From assembly GCA_951406725.2 (NCBI GenBank), contig OX597830.1, forward strand, positions 72,416,001-72,480,000: a stretch of 64,000 bases of DNA, in the 5' to 3' direction. Shown one piece after another: positions 15,345 through 29,160 of this stretch. Made by a program: the position numbers and the translations under genes. Below the pieces are notes generated by a model. It did not search any database. It was not told the DNA's origin and was given only the letters and a program-made list of their open reading frames with translations. Source of the stretch: Octopus vulgaris. Lineage: Eukaryota. Position 1 is the first letter of the stretch, and every line of letters starts with the position of its first letter.

Positions 15345-15977
15345 GCCCACTCAACGGTAAACATCTTATAGCCGTCTTTAATAATCAGCTTCAAAACCAT
15401 CTTTTTGGTTATATTTCAAGTTACATTTCAAGTCGTGTACTTCCAGTACAAATCTATTATATTACAACTTAAAACAATGATATAAAAGTGGATATAAAAG
15501 TGGTACACACTTTTATCTACCCAACACGGATGATGTACAAAGTTGGCTTCCACCGAATCTGAAATCAAAAGTTTAAAATCGTAAGAAATGCAAGGTACTT
15601 TTTCGGCAATTTCTTGATTCAACCAAGTTACGCTTCCTACTGCATGACGTTTTGAAATTTCCTGTACTAAAATTGAATGGACGGAAGTTCATATAAAGCC
15701 GTCTGGTAGATTCAACCCAAGGTGCGATTAATCATTAAGCATAATAAAGATGTACTTTGGGCACGAAGGGAAGGTGAGTACCACAGAAATGGTAGATGGT
15801 TTACGACACAAAAGAAATCACTTTGAACTTGCTAAAATAATATTGGAAGTGATTTATATGATCGGAAAATATAATATCGAAGTGCTGATGGTCTGACAGT
15901 GTGGACATGGTTAAAGATACTTGCAATTAAATAGAGTAGGAAAAAACTTTTCAACCATAAATAAAGTGGAAGAATGC

Positions 15978-16012
<35 letters not shown>

Positions 16013-16050
16013 TAATAATAATAATAATAATAATAATAGTAATAATAATG

Positions 16051-16084
<34 letters not shown>

Positions 16085-16160
16085 TGATGATGATAATAAG
16101 AATAATAATAATGATGATAATAATAATAATGATAATAGTAAAAATAATAGTAATAATAAT
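15978..16160. repeat. (AAT)n/(GAT)n trinucleotide microsatellite
   Basis: Read directly. Confidence 0.95.
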
Positions 16161-16791
16161 TTTCCATGTTACTGTGTTAGTTTTGTTTCATTTTGAAAAA
16201 TGAAATTTTATTTAATTGTTTATTATATTTTATGCTTTGAATTACATAAGTGTGGAGCACAGAAATCTTTTACAACGTAGCATGACAATCACGATTAGAT
16301 TAGGTGGTTCAATGAAATGCTGGGACACCAACACGTAAAATACGATTCAGGAAATTCACTTGATCGACCAACAGAACCCGTTTTGTGGAACGTCAACGAA
16401 CTACAATTCAATGAAGTATATCTATATCAATTCATTCCTTCATTCATAGCTAATTAAAGTTATCTGTAAATTGAATGTCCCTCTCCAGAGACTGAACCTG
16501 CATAAGGCACGTTATTATTCTTTAGTCTTTTTCTTGTGTCAATCACTGGACTGCGGTTATGCTGGAGCACCAACTTGTCGGGTTTTAGTTGAACAAATCA
16601 CACCCATCCCGCCCAGTACGTGTGCTTTTGTATTTTTATGCGTCCGTTACTTTTTCAGAATTGTTAACTTACAGGGAATGTAAGAAAACCAATACCGGGT
16701 TGTCATACGGTAAAGTGAGCATTAATAAACATCAACATAAAGACAGACATTCAAAGACACACTTATGTAAGTATACATGTGTGTGTATGCA

Positions 16792-16845
<54 letters not shown>

Positions 16846-16849
<4 letters not shown>

Positions 16850-17044
16850 ATCCAAACATGAAAACACAAAGACAAAAAATACAACGCGAGGACGTGGAAC
16901 AAGTATAGTGTTATTGGACGCTCAGGAAAGGAAAGTAGGAAGGAGGACTTAAGGTTTCGAGCGGAGCTCTTCGTCAGAAACATAGGGAAAGGAAAGATCC
17001 AAGGAAGGGAAGACAGAGGAAAAAATCGCCAACGATATGCATGT

Positions 17045-17045
<1 letters not shown>
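16846..17045 (-). mobile_element. Short (TA)n-flanked module with a small HHR (16947-16981), subfamily 1
   Basis: Reverse complement UUU-CUGACGA-A-GAGC-UCC-GCUC-GAAA-CC-UU-AAG; homologous to 20930-21120 and 33890-34155. Confidence 0.75.
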
Positions 17046-17100
<55 letters not shown>

Positions 17101-17155
17101 ACATCTGTATACATACATACATAATACATACACACACACACACATACACACACAT

Positions 17156-17189
<34 letters not shown>

Positions 17190-17203
17190 GTATATACATA
17201 TGG

Positions 17204-17415
17204 AATACAAAAATGGGACACGAACACAAAACATCCAGACAGCTATGTGATACAAAAAAGGGACAAAACATCCGTCCAGACGATACAAAGAAAACAATGA
17301 CGGGTCATCCAGAGTTTTCTATCCCAAGTCGAGTTCCAGATTGGGTGTTTTGTTGTCCCTTTTTTGTATCACCTAACTGTCTGGATGTTTTGCCTTCTTG
17401 TCCCATTTTGTATTT
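17204..17415. repeat. Imperfect inverted repeat with ~70-bp arms
   Basis: aatacaaaaatgggaca...caaaacatccagacag...gtgatacaaaaaagggaca versus tgtcccttttttgtatcac...ctgtctggatgttttg...tgtcccattttgtatt. Confidence 0.8.
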
Positions 17416-17428
17416 TTTATATATAAAA

Positions 17429-18440
17429 CTAGCAGTATCGCCCGGCGTTGCTCGGGTTTGTAAGGGAAATAACTATATAAGCATTTTTAGTGAGTTATAG
17501 CAAAAAAATAGCAAAAAATGCATTAAAAATGGAATAAAAAATGATGGTAATTTTTTTTAAATCGTTGACTCATCGTAGACATTTTTAGAGAGTTACTTCC
17601 CTTATATAATAGCGAAAAATGCATTAAAATGGAATAAAAAATGATGGTAATATTTTTTTTTAATCGTTGATTCATCATAGACATTTTTAGAGAGTTACTT
17701 CCCTTATATAATAGCGAAAAATGCATTAAAATGGAATAAAAGTGATGGTAATTTTTTTTAAATCGTAGACTCATCGTAGACGCGCGCTAATACCCAGAAG
17801 GGCTCGATATGAATCACGACTATAAGATACCTGGTTTTGGTTACACTGCACCGCAAAATGTGGGAGTAGTTAGGAATCTAAATCGTAGGAGACAGACACA
17901 CCACCTTACTTTTATATATAAAGATTTGTGCAACAACTAAAACATTCGGTTGTGCAAATTGTTTGCACAGGAAACCTGCCCTGTGTGGCGGTAATTGCCG
18001 TTTTTGTGGATCTGTTTCAGCTTTTTTAGCCATTTCTGTTTTGGTGTCTTCAAGCCATGAAGTCATTGTTCTAAAAGAACGCTGGTCTCCTTGACAACGC
18101 ATTACGACGTTGATTTCCTTACACTCCCTTCCCCACAGCTTCACGAGGGAGGGAAGAAGGGGGAGAAGCAACACAGGTGCAGGTGTGAGCATGGACGCCA
18201 ACTCCGCCGCCATCGACACACGAAAAAATATGCATTAAAATGGAATAAAAAATGATGTTAAATTATTTTTAAAATCGTAGACTCATCGTAGACGCGCGCT
18301 AATACCCAGACGGGCTCGATATGAATCACGACTATAAGATACCCGAATTTGGTTAAACTGCACCGCAAAATGTGGGAGTAGTTAGGAATCTAAATCGAAG
18401 GGGACAGACACTCACACAACTACAGTTTTATATATATAGA
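17429..18440 (-). mobile_element. Non-autonomous Helitron, composite with a duplicated 5' end
   Basis: Minus strand: A|TCTATATATATAAAA 5' end at 18440 (second 5' end at 17924); GC hairpin CCCGAGCAACGCCGGG 8 nt before the 3' CTAG|T (17429-17432); internal ~87-bp tandem repeats. Confidence 0.8.
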
Positions 18441-19651
18441 TATAGTGACGTACGTACACTTTGGTCAATCTCTCTCTATACATATAATATATGCATAAAC
18501 TTTATCGTAATTTCTTAAGACTTTTTCAAGATGTTTTAACATATATCCAGAAAAAATGTTAAGATATTGCAATATTTTTCTTAACATGAAAATGACGTAA
18601 CCTTGGCTACCAAATACACTCATAAAACACTGTAGACTCGTGGCTCTAGCAGAAGATACTAGCCAAGTTGACGCATACTAGATCCGAAGTCGAAAGCATG
18701 TGGTTGCAAAACCACTTTCTTAATTACACAGCCATTACTGCGATTATAATATTTTATTTCTTTCTTTTATACTTTTGTGTGGAGGTTTTGTGATTGACCA
18801 TACACTTGCAAAACACCTCAGTTTTCTTCACCGATGATATCCGAGGTAACGAGGCAAGGCCGCCATAGCTTTGTAAACGTTACCTCGTAGAAGATTACAT
18901 ATATTAACAAAGACTCTAAGTAAATACAAAAGGAAACGCATTGACTTCTGAGGCTCTAACAACTCCTTTGTTCCTTTAGTCTGGATCGGTACCTTATGTG
19001 TCGAATGCGAAAATGTAAAATACAAACGGATCCTGGAAGAATTTGAACTCAGGAGACAGTGATTACGCTTAAATAATAGGAAACATTCTATTCGACGCTT
19101 TTATGATTCTACAAATCCAATGTCTTATATCAATGTTATTTTGAGCATACGCAATCTTATAAATATAGATGTGTCTATCTATGTGTGTATGAAAGTCTAT
19201 CCACATGAATACGCGTATGTGTGTGTGTGTGTGTGTGTGTTTGTATGTATAAACATGTGTTTGAGTCTGTACACATGGATATGTGGGCCTGTCTGTGTGT
19301 TTGTGTGTTTGAGTGCATGTGATAACGCTTGTGCGTGCGTGGACGTGTGTGTAGATGAAAGTAATACAAGGAACTTATACATCTGTTATGTGAATGCATA
19401 TTCAGATTGCTATGTAGATAAATTTTCAAACATTCTGTATATCTAATATTGAATCTTCTGCACTCGTTATCAATAATCTAAGATGAAAATAATAATGCAT
19501 CACACGTATATTTTTATACAGAAACACACATATAAACTGTGAAAATAAATGTATATATATATGTTCGAACGTGGATATATATATATCTATGCTTATATGC
19601 ATGTATGAATGTATGAACGTCTTTGGATATATGTGCGTATTTATGTACCAT

Positions 19652-19707
<56 letters not shown>

Positions 19708-20397
19708 TACATATACATATACATATATACACGCAGGAACGCGCACACAGACACACACACACAAGAACACACAGACATATATGTATATAGACACATGCAT
19801 GTATATGCATATGTATACATACACTGTCACGCGTACAAGTGTAAACACGGTATCTTAATCGCACTGACATTGGAAATATGTTGTTTGAGTACTGCATATA
19901 CATGTGTGTATGTGTGTGTATTTGTGTGTGTGTGTTTGTGTGTCTGTATACCATTCATTGATCTCTCGGATGTAAGCTACATCGCCGAAATTTCGAAGTT
20001 ACCAATAACTTTTTGTACAATATAAAGTAAATATGTTATTCAGAGCATCGGATCTTTTATTTTCGTTTTTTTTTTTTACTTTTTAAGTTCAAATCTCAGC
20101 CAGGTGATGTTTACTTTTCATCTATTTGGAGTTAATATAATAAAGTACCACTGATCATCTTTACTTAAAGTTGCTGGATTAAAATTGCTGGCAGTATCAT
20201 ACGATAGCCGCAAAAAATATCTTATGATCTTTCATTCGGCTTTCGATCTAGGTTAGAAACCGGATCTTACACTATTAGCAAGAAATCTTGAAATAAAACT
20301 GAACAATGATATACATACATACATACATACATACATACATACATACATACATACATACATACATACATACATACATACATACATACATACATACATA

Positions 20398-20900
20398 CTG
20401 TCCTGAAATAAACTTAGAAAATCCCTCTATTATGGAATACATTCGTAGACATCAACTCAATGAATGCTGGTGGAATATTCCCATCAAAACGTCTGTCAAA
20501 TGGAAACATAACAGACCGGATAGAGGTTAGCTGCCCTGCAGATATAAATATCTCTTTGAAATCAAAGAAAAAGAGGATATCTATGGACAACTGTTTCGAA
20601 ACCTCCGGCTTCTGTATCCAGACTATGAATTCATATTCATACCAATACAAATTGGAGCACTAGGTTTTGTTAGTAAATGCTTAAATGTGAATCTGGATAA
20701 ACTGGGATTTTCAAAAAGAGAAATCGACCGGCTAATTGTTGAATTACAAGTGCAATCTTTGAGTGGAACAGTAAAAATATGCAAAACTTCTCAAGTTCCA
20801 AATGTAAATTTGTGTTAACTACATCTCAAAGATGAAACCTTGTATCTTTGTTGGAAACCGGCTTCCTCCTCAGTGGAAGATTTATAATATTTGAAAAATA
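20398..20900 (+). mobile_element. 3' fragment of an RLE (restriction-like endonuclease) non-LTR retrotransposon, R4/Dong-like
   Basis: WWNIPIKTSVKWKHNRPD, IEVSCPADINISL, KEKEDIYGQLFRNLRLLYPDYEFIFIPIQIGALGFVSKCL, LQVQSLSGTVKICKT. Confidence 0.85.
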
Positions 20901-20929
20901 AAGATACATGCATACATAATGAAACCAGA

Positions 20930-21120
20930 CAGAGATGAACAAATAAGAAAAAACAATAACGCGAGTACGTGGTACAAGTACTGTATTATCAGATGCTTAG
21001 GAAAGGAAGGAAAGAGGATTTAAAGTTTCGAGCCAAGGCTCTTCTTCAGAAATAGAGGAAAGTCCAAAGGCAGGGAAGACGGAGGAAGAAAATCACCAAC
21101 GATACACACGCGGTTACATT
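20930..21120 (-). mobile_element. Small-HHR module, subfamily 1 (HHR 21018-21053)
   Basis: Reverse complement AUUU-CUGAAGA-A-GAGCC-UU-GGCUC-GAAA-CU-UU-AAAU. Confidence 0.7.
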
Positions 21121-21136
21121 CTTATGTACGTACGTA

Positions 21137-21352
21137 CAATGGGGTGCTAAAAAGTTTCTGGATTTAAGGGTGTCGCTAAAGGCTTGGTTAAAGGTTCAAA
21201 CTTCCGAGTTCTTTTACAAGGCTTTGAAAAATTGAAGGATCGCTGCAATAGCTGTGTGAATCTTAGAAAGGTATATGTTGAATGAAACAATTATGAACAT
21301 CTCCTCCTTTATACTCTTTTACTCAAAGCCAGAATATTTTCAGCACCCTTCG
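21137..21352 (+). mobile_element. Mariner-derived MITE (internally deleted)
   Basis: Imperfect ~28-bp TIRs (ggggtgctaaaaagtttctggattt / aaagccagaatattttcagcaccc), TA on both flanks, internal FFLQGFEKLKDRCNSCVNLRKVYVE* matching the mariner C-terminus. Confidence 0.75.
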
Positions 21353-21573
21353 TATGTAAATACATACATGCGTGCGAGCTTGTGAGGAAGCCCACATGTG
21401 TGTATATAAGGAAGGAGAGAATGGGAGAGAGTGAGAGAGAGAGAGTGAGAGAGAGAGTAAGATAGGGATAGAGAAATCGATGCTGTATAAATTATGTATT
21501 TCATCGAAGATACTAATTAAGTAATCAACACTTTGGTACAAATGTCTAGGGATTCTATTACCATGCAGCTTAG

Positions 21574-21610
<37 letters not shown>

Positions 21611-21971
21611 TGCTAGTGTATCATTGAATCACCCACAAAATCAGATATTGTTATGCACTCCTGTTCACACTGCGCTTCCTCGAATTATTATATATCTTTT
21701 AAATGATACCATCAGGCTGGTTAGTCCATTGCCAGTTTAGTAATAAACTGCTAAGCGAACTGGAGTAACGAGACCACATGAAATGAAATGTTTTGTTCAA
21801 GAACACAACGCACCACCTGATTCAGAAATGATCGTGAGGGCAACAATCTAACCGCTTGGCCAGGCACCTTCACACACAAATATATATTAATACATATAAT
21901 CCGATTAAATGGAGGGATGCGCAATTTGGCTTTAGCAGTTTAAAGTCAGAAAGTAAACCACCGGAAGAACT

Positions 21972-22165
21972 ATCTTTCTTTACTACCCACAAGGGGCTAA
22001 ATACAGAGGGGACAAACAAGGGCAGACAAACGATTATATCGACACCCGAAAGGATGAAAAGTAAAGTCGACCTCGGCGGAATTTGAACTCAGAACGTAAT
22101 GGCAGACGAATTACCGCTAAGCATTTGGCCCGGCGCGCTAACGTTTCTGCCAGCTCGCCGCCTTT
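21972..22165 (-). mobile_element. SINE family C
   Basis: Reverse complement of 11331-11563 with an internal deletion. Confidence 0.85.
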
Positions 22166-22584
22166 GCAGAAGAAATATCATAAGGTATTTCTTGCGACTC
22201 TCATCTGATTCTATCAGCTTGCTGCCCTTCGTGGATTCCAATTCTGCAACTTTAATGAAAGATCATCAGTGATACTTTATTTTATTGACTCCGGATAGAT
22301 AAAAAGTTAAAGCTGATCTGACATGAAATTGAAATTAGAACGTAAAATATCACAATAAATGATGCAGCGAATATTTTCCAACGCTCAGAATAATATATTT
22401 TTTTTATATAGTACAAAAAAATTTTTTAAGTAACTTCGAAGTTCCGGTTTTCACCTTTAGATAAAGTGTGTATGTGTATGAATGTATGTATGTATGTATG
22501 TATGTATGTATGTATGTATGTATGTATATATGTATGTATGTATGTATAAGAAACATCCACTTGTCCATGTTTGCATGGGCTAGA

Positions 22585-22975
22585 CAGGAGTGACTGTGTG
22601 GTAAGCAGCTTGCTTACAACATGGTTCCGGGTTCAGTCCCACTGCGTGGCAACTTGAGCAAGTGTCTTCTACTATAGCCTCAGGCCGACCAAAACCTTGT
22701 GAATAGATTTGGTAGACGGAAACTGAAAGAAGCCTGCCGTATATGTATGTATATATGTGTGTGTCTGTGTTTGTCTCCCTAGCATTGCTTGACAACCGAT
22801 GCTGGGATGTTTATGTCCCCGTCTCTTAGCGGTTCGGCAAAAAAAGACCGATGGAATAAGTACTGGGCTTACAAAGAATAAGTCCCGGGGTCGATTTGCT
22901 CAACTAAAGGCGGTGGACCAGCATGGCCGCAGTCAAATGGCTGAAACAAGGAAAAGCGTAAAAAGAGTAAAGAGT
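22585..22975 (+). mobile_element. SINE family A, near full length
   Basis: caggagtgactgtgtggtaag...ggttcagtcccactgcgtggc, internal microsatellite, tail ggcggtggaccagcatggccgcagtcaaatggctgaaac. Confidence 0.85.
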
Positions 22976-22980
22976 ATACA

Positions 22981-23041
<61 letters not shown>

Positions 23042-23637
23042 TAATGGCTCCATCTCTGTTTCTCTACACACATGGTTTCGCCACCTGTCACGGAAATAAA
23101 ATCTAACATGAAATCCATAAAATATAATCAACTGTATTTAAGCACAAACGTCTAGAGATTAGTAGCCATATACATGCGTGCATTATATATGCATAACGTA
23201 TGTGCGTGCGGTGGACAAGGATTTATACTTACATACACATACATATGCACGTAACTTAACACATATACAATATATAGATAATATAAAGACGTCTATTTCT
23301 ATGAATTTCAAACACATACACACATGCACGTAATATATTAACATATATCTAAGCGTGCACGTATATTGATATATTACATAGGCACAAAGCCAAAGAGATG
23401 GCTAGAATCGGTTGAATGTAACTTAGAACATATCTGGTGCTGACCAATTTATCAGTCTCAATAGATCATCAAGACAAATCTAACCTTAGTAATTCAGTTC
23501 AAAAAGCAACAGGGAAGGCCTGCTGCAACACGCAATATATATGTACGCATACACACACACATACATATATATACATACATATTTACATACATAATAACAT
23601 ATACACGTGTAAATATGTATATATATATATGTATATA

Positions 23638-23731
<94 letters not shown>

Positions 23732-23802
23732 GTATATATATGTGCGTGTGCATACATGTATATATGTATATATATTTTTACATGCAGAACAAACAGTAAT
23801 TA

Positions 23803-23857
<55 letters not shown>

Positions 23858-23859
23858 CA

Positions 23860-24060
23860 TGATATATCGTTAGCCACTACACACATTTATTTCTCTCCTT
23901 TTTTTGTCTTTCCTTGTTTTCTCTGTGTCCCTTTCTGTAGAAGAGCGTAGGCTCGAAACGTAAAAGACTTTATCTATTCCTGAGTGTTATACCTGTACAT
24001 CTGTCTGTTTTGTACACCTACTGTCTTCGCCTTTTGTTTTTTTCGTAAACTCTCCCTATA
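23860..24060 (+). mobile_element. (TA)n-flanked small-HHR module, subfamily 2 (HHR 23931-23966)
   Basis: CUUU-CUGUAGA-A-GAGC-GUAG-GCUC-GAAA-CG-UA-AAAG; homologous to 51980-52150, 57590-57735 and 60640-60790. Confidence 0.7.
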
Positions 24061-24334
24061 TATATATATTTATACATACACACACTCACACATACATACA
24101 TACATACATACATACATACATACATACATACATACATACATACATACATACATACATACATGCAAATGTATCACATATGTATATGTGTATGCATATGTGT
24201 AACATGCTGATGAATGTGTATTTACGTCTTAGTATTCATATAAAACATCCGCACACCTGAGAAAACTTACCCGCGTGTGTATATATGTTTGTGTGTGTCA
24301 ATATGTGAGTACATAAATATATTCACAGTCCCAC

Positions 24335-24405
<71 letters not shown>

Positions 24406-24859
24406 AGCGCCTATGCATTAACATATAACATCATCGGAGCTCCAGAAATGAAGCACTGAAATATTAGCGCTGAAATAGCTGTAAGTTAATGAAATTCATA
24501 ACAAAATTTCTTCTTCCCTTGTCAATTTATTTTACTATCTCTGCTCTATACGCGACTGACTCTTCGTTGGGAAAGATATAAATAGTACTAAACCTTAACA
24601 AAATAATGAAACATATGCAAATATGTGTGTGCGTGTGTGTGTGGCTATGTTCCTGCTTCACTCCCTTTCTCTCTCTCTCCCTCTTTCCCTTATATATATA
24701 TATATACACACGTAAATATCGGACAATGAGAATGAATGCTCAACACCGCATTGTTGGATAAAAATACTTTTTTTGCGGAATAAATCAATTATCAAGCCTA
24801 TCACATAGAGCAATAGTGATCATCTCCACTTTGGATTAAGACACCAAAAGACGCAAGCC

Positions 24860-25500
24860 AAGGGTAAAACTTATGGTTTAACCCCACTTATAGCATGAAT
24901 GTAACTCGAATATAACTCGAAAATTCCGAAAACCTGTAGGTAACTACTTCCCACAATCCCTAAAATACAATAAGATATTCAATAGTAATATTGTTCAAGT
25001 TAGTTATAAATGCCTCCATGATATAGGGTCGATTAAACTCAGCCACATTATAAAAAAACACTGGGATTACCGCCAAAAGACTATGTAATTGTGGATCCGC
25101 GGATCGCTAATGACTGAATAACAGATGCTTAGAAATAAATTTTGCATAAAAGGCCAAAATGATGGATTTGAATAGAGTAAGAATGTCATATATCGGGATG
25201 CTGGGTAATTCCTTCAAAGAAAGATATACACAGCATCTGGAGTCATTCAGTAACAAAATATTTTTTAAAATCACGCAACATCTCCATCAACTGTGATATG
25301 GGTAATTGAAGAAGGATTGAGTCCTCCAGATAACACGGAGCATTATTGTTACAGTAGTCGGGGCACCAAATGTGAGATTTACATTACTGAAAAGCTAAGC
25401 ATATTTCAGTCAAAACCTAATATTTTAAGTATCAGGGATAAAACTTTTCTTGCAATATTTTACACACCAAAATTTCAAAGGAGACTCCTAACTAATTCGC
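24860..25500 (+). pseudogene. Penelope-like element remnant: linker and GIY-YIG endonuclease region
   Basis: Across frameshifts: WFNP-YSMNVT, KYNKIFNSNIVQVSYKCLHDIGSIKLSH, CNCGS, LNNRCLE, SYIGMLGNSFKERYTQHLESFSNK, CEIYITEKLSI. Confidence 0.8.
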
Positions 25501-25877
25501 CACTCCTCAGGTTATCTTCCCTGAACACGAACATTAAACTGTATGCATCATATGAAATTTATGCATAAATTACACATAACCTCATGCTCCACTCGATCAA
25601 CGAACAAATATACGAGAATTACACTTACCCAGGACAAAGAAACCTATCACTCAACAACCCCAAGATTTTACAAACGCGACGTTAAACTATGCGTAAAAGA
25701 TATGTGAAAAAATATCTAATGAAAGATGTAAAAATTATGAGCAAATACATAAATACCACAGAATATGCGTGAGAGCATAATTGTAAGATAGTGAAACTTC
25801 ACAATCATGAGTACTCGTCCAAAATGTATACGCAGTTGCATGTACACATATGAACTTTGTGTGTGCACATGTATTTC

Positions 25878-25911
<34 letters not shown>

Positions 25912-27599
25912 CGTGTGTATATGCATGCACGTACATATAGATGTATGCACATGTGCAAAACACCACAACATAAGATATAGACTCAAAAATATATCTATAC
26001 TAATTCATGAATATACACAATACCATGTTATACATATTTATAACAACACTGTAAAGATTTGACCCCAAGTTATGGGATAAACATTTGATTAAAAGTTACA
26101 CACGTATGTTTCTCATCCACGCCATAGACATATCCAAGCCGTCGGAGGGGTCACTGATACAAAAAATGTGGACGCGTTTGTCAATATTTACCAATGTAAT
26201 TATATAGATATTACAGATCAAGTATTGCCAATTGATCTCAAGTTCTCCATTTAGGTGACTCGTATGAAATCCGTGAAGTTTGTGTTTTTGTGAAGGGTAT
26301 GCCTTACAGAATTGTTCTGTGAACACAAACGTTGTACACATCAATTTTAGTATATATTCTGAGCATTTTATACTTTAAGACTACTATATTAAGCGCTTAA
26401 TGCATTGTAACCGATGCTCTCCTTGACTATTGCATCTAGGGATATGATTAACCACAGCAGTGCAATCAAAATATAGAAACTGATTTAGAAATTACTCCCC
26501 CTCCATTCCCAGCAACGACAGGGATTTATAGATACTGATTATGAAATTAAATGGAGCGTAAGCTACTGTGAATATGTTCATAATAAGTCGTGAGTTACTG
26601 CAGAAATTGATGGAATATAGCGGTTTGTTTTTGTTATTGTTGTTGTTGTCTTTGTTGTCGTTTTTGTTATAACTTTTGATGGTATTTTATGTTATCTGGC
26701 GTATTTATAATTGTTAATTTATCAGAAGGTACGTCATGCTTTATGAACCTGGCGTAGCAGGCGAACAACTTTTCATAAGCCGGTTTTAATAATTAACATT
26801 TCACCTTTGTTGATTCTTTTTAGTGCAGTTGTTGCAGATGTTGTTGTAGTTATTGTTGCTTCTGTTATCTTTATCAATACCTGATGCATTTTGACTGCTC
26901 GCTTGTCATGATGTACCCTATTCCCTATGCACTCAGTGAGATTACTCGATGTAAGGCAGGTGGTAACTGTTCAATGAAGTTATATATTCCCTCTCACCGT
27001 CGGGGAAAACATCTGGCGCCTAGCTGTATGTCACTATAACTGAAGGTTTATAATATTTAACTAAGAATTGTGTGCTGTGTTTATTTATTGCTCGAGGATA
27101 CTCTGTTCGGGTTTGTGTCAAATTATGCAAAGGCTGGGTAGTCTAAGTGTCATAATCGGTCTTGGTGGTAATATGTAACGGAAAGTTACAACCAATACAG
27201 TTTGTACCGGAATAACTGCAGTAGCTGCCAGTGTAAGTAAGTTGGATTGAATAAGATAGTTGATTATCATTGGAATTATGTAGCGGATTTTCTTACAAAA
27301 TTTAATCTTTTATCGTTATCCAAACCAAAAGCAACGACAGTACGAGAGCATTATTTAACTCACAGCTAGAGCCTCTTGATCGGCACTAGGGAATGTTTAT
27401 ACACCGAGGAACCTAAATGTCACATTTCCGGAGCAAATACTTCAAAGCTTCTGATATGTTTAGCTTGGTGCCACAACCCATGTAGTCGCCAAGTATCATT
27501 ACGAAATGAGAATATCTGAAATAAACTCGACTGCTCACACAAACAACACAAACAAGAATAATAAAAACGAACTCTACTCCTCTCAAAAATTAAGTAAAA

Positions 27600-27976
27600 C
27601 AAAAAACAAACGGAAAAACAATACAGAATCCTTGTCCGGTACCGGATCGATCCCAATGGCTGTCATGAATGTGAAAGTGGCTGTAGGAAATTTAGTAACA
27701 TTAATAAGAAGTTTATCCTGATTTGATACAAGCCAAAATTAACAAATTCACCATTCAAAATAGTTACAGCCTAAAGGGAGATAATTGAGAAAGACTTGAA
27801 AGTTAACGTAAGATTGAAATCATGTAAAGTAATCAGTTCGTGCCAGTCACGCGGTCAAACATCCCTTAAAATTTCATCCGAATCCATCCGGGGTTTCTTG
27901 AGACATTTGTCCACGGACAAAGAAACAGACCAACAAACAGGACTGAAAACAATATCTCCGCCTTCGCTGAGGCGGA

Positions 27977-27981
<5 letters not shown>
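27600..27981 (+). mobile_element. Putative non-autonomous Helentron/HINE-like DNA element
   Basis: Ends with acagaccaacaaacaggactgaaaacaata and the GC palindrome ctccgcctt-cgct-gaggcggag (27956-27977); left boundary uncertain. Confidence 0.4.
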
Positions 27982-28035
<54 letters not shown>

Positions 28036-28100
28036 GAAGAAGAATAATAATAATAATAAGAAGAAGAAGAAGAAGAATAATAATAATAATAATAATAATA

Positions 28101-28345
28101 ATTCCTATCATAGTAGGTGCATTAGGCATGATAAAAAATATTCAGACAAATACATAACAAAAACACCAGACTTACAAACACATATAACATACAGAAAATT
28201 GCAACTAGGCACTGCACAACACGCAGAACACTTTCCATACAATAACCATCAGAGCATCACAACAACTCACAGCACATATCCAAGGCACACAGAGCTGCGC
28301 TCGGTAGTGAAGTGAAAGCACGCTATAAAAAATAAAACTACTGAA
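28101..28345 (+). mobile_element. 3' end of an R4/Dong-like RLE retrotransposon embedded in (TAA)n
   Basis: IPIIVGALGMIK, NTYNIQKIA-LGTA, RRTLSIQ* followed by a 3' UTR; (TAA)n on both flanks. Confidence 0.8.
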
Positions 28346-28370
28346 TAATAATAATAATAGTAATAATAAT

Positions 28371-28457
<87 letters not shown>

Positions 28458-28565
28458 AAGAAGAAGAAGAAGAAGAAGAAGAAGAAGAAGAAGAAGAAGA
28501 AGAAGAAGAAGAAGAAGAAGAAGACAACAACAACAACAAAAACAACTACAGCAACGATGATGATT

Positions 28566-28600
<35 letters not shown>

Positions 28601-28628
28601 AATAATAATAATAATAATGATGATGATG

Positions 28629-28675
<47 letters not shown>
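28345..28675. repeat. Compound (TAA)n(GAA)n(CAA)n(GAT)n trinucleotide array
   Basis: Read directly. Confidence 0.95.
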
Positions 28676-29087
28676 TGTGTTTCTGGGTAATTCTTTAAAC
28701 TGCCTCCGATTGTTGTGCTATAGTTCGAGAGTTTCAGGGTTTTGAGGATTCTGGAACAATTTCTTCAACACCACATTTCCCGTATCTAATCTAACCCAGA
28801 ATAGTAGCCCTAGCTACTATTCTGAGTTAGATTAGAATATCAGGGCTTGCCTACCTACGTGTGGGAAGATCGAATCCGGTGGACTCTGGGAATAAAATTT
28901 CATAGGTCAACGTTGGAGAAGGCGGCTGCAGAAATGCATTGTGGAATCCAGAGAACAAGTTATCTTGTAAAAAGAAAATTATATATATATATACTTAAAG
29001 CTTATGGCGATGACCTTGCAATGACTAAGGATTTTAGTCTAATAAAGAGGCATATAAGCCCTCGACAGAAAAAAAGTAGAATTTCCT

Positions 29088-29160
29088 ATCCACGCGGGAC
29101 TCGAACCCACGACCCTTTATTAAAACGACAAAGTGTGTTACCTTTACACCATCGTGATGC
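29088..29160 (-). pseudogene. tRNA-like sequence (pseudo-tRNA or SINE head)
   Basis: D arm GTGT-AAAGGTA-ACAC and T arm GTGGG-TTCGAGT-CCCGC; 9-nt anticodon loop and poor acceptor stem. Confidence 0.5.

Noticed and set aside
15345-15720. Possible old mariner fragment on the minus strand (SVHSIL, WVDKSVYHFY)
   Set aside because: Too degenerate to support without a profile search.
26096-26344. 82-aa ORF, with a forkhead-like NSVRHTL in another frame
   Set aside because: The match is too short, a stop follows soon after, and there is no convincing exon structure; more likely chance or a decayed retroelement.
29088-29160. Functional tRNA gene
   Set aside because: The acceptor stem is broken and the anticodon loop is 9 nt; kept only as a pseudo-tRNA or SINE head.
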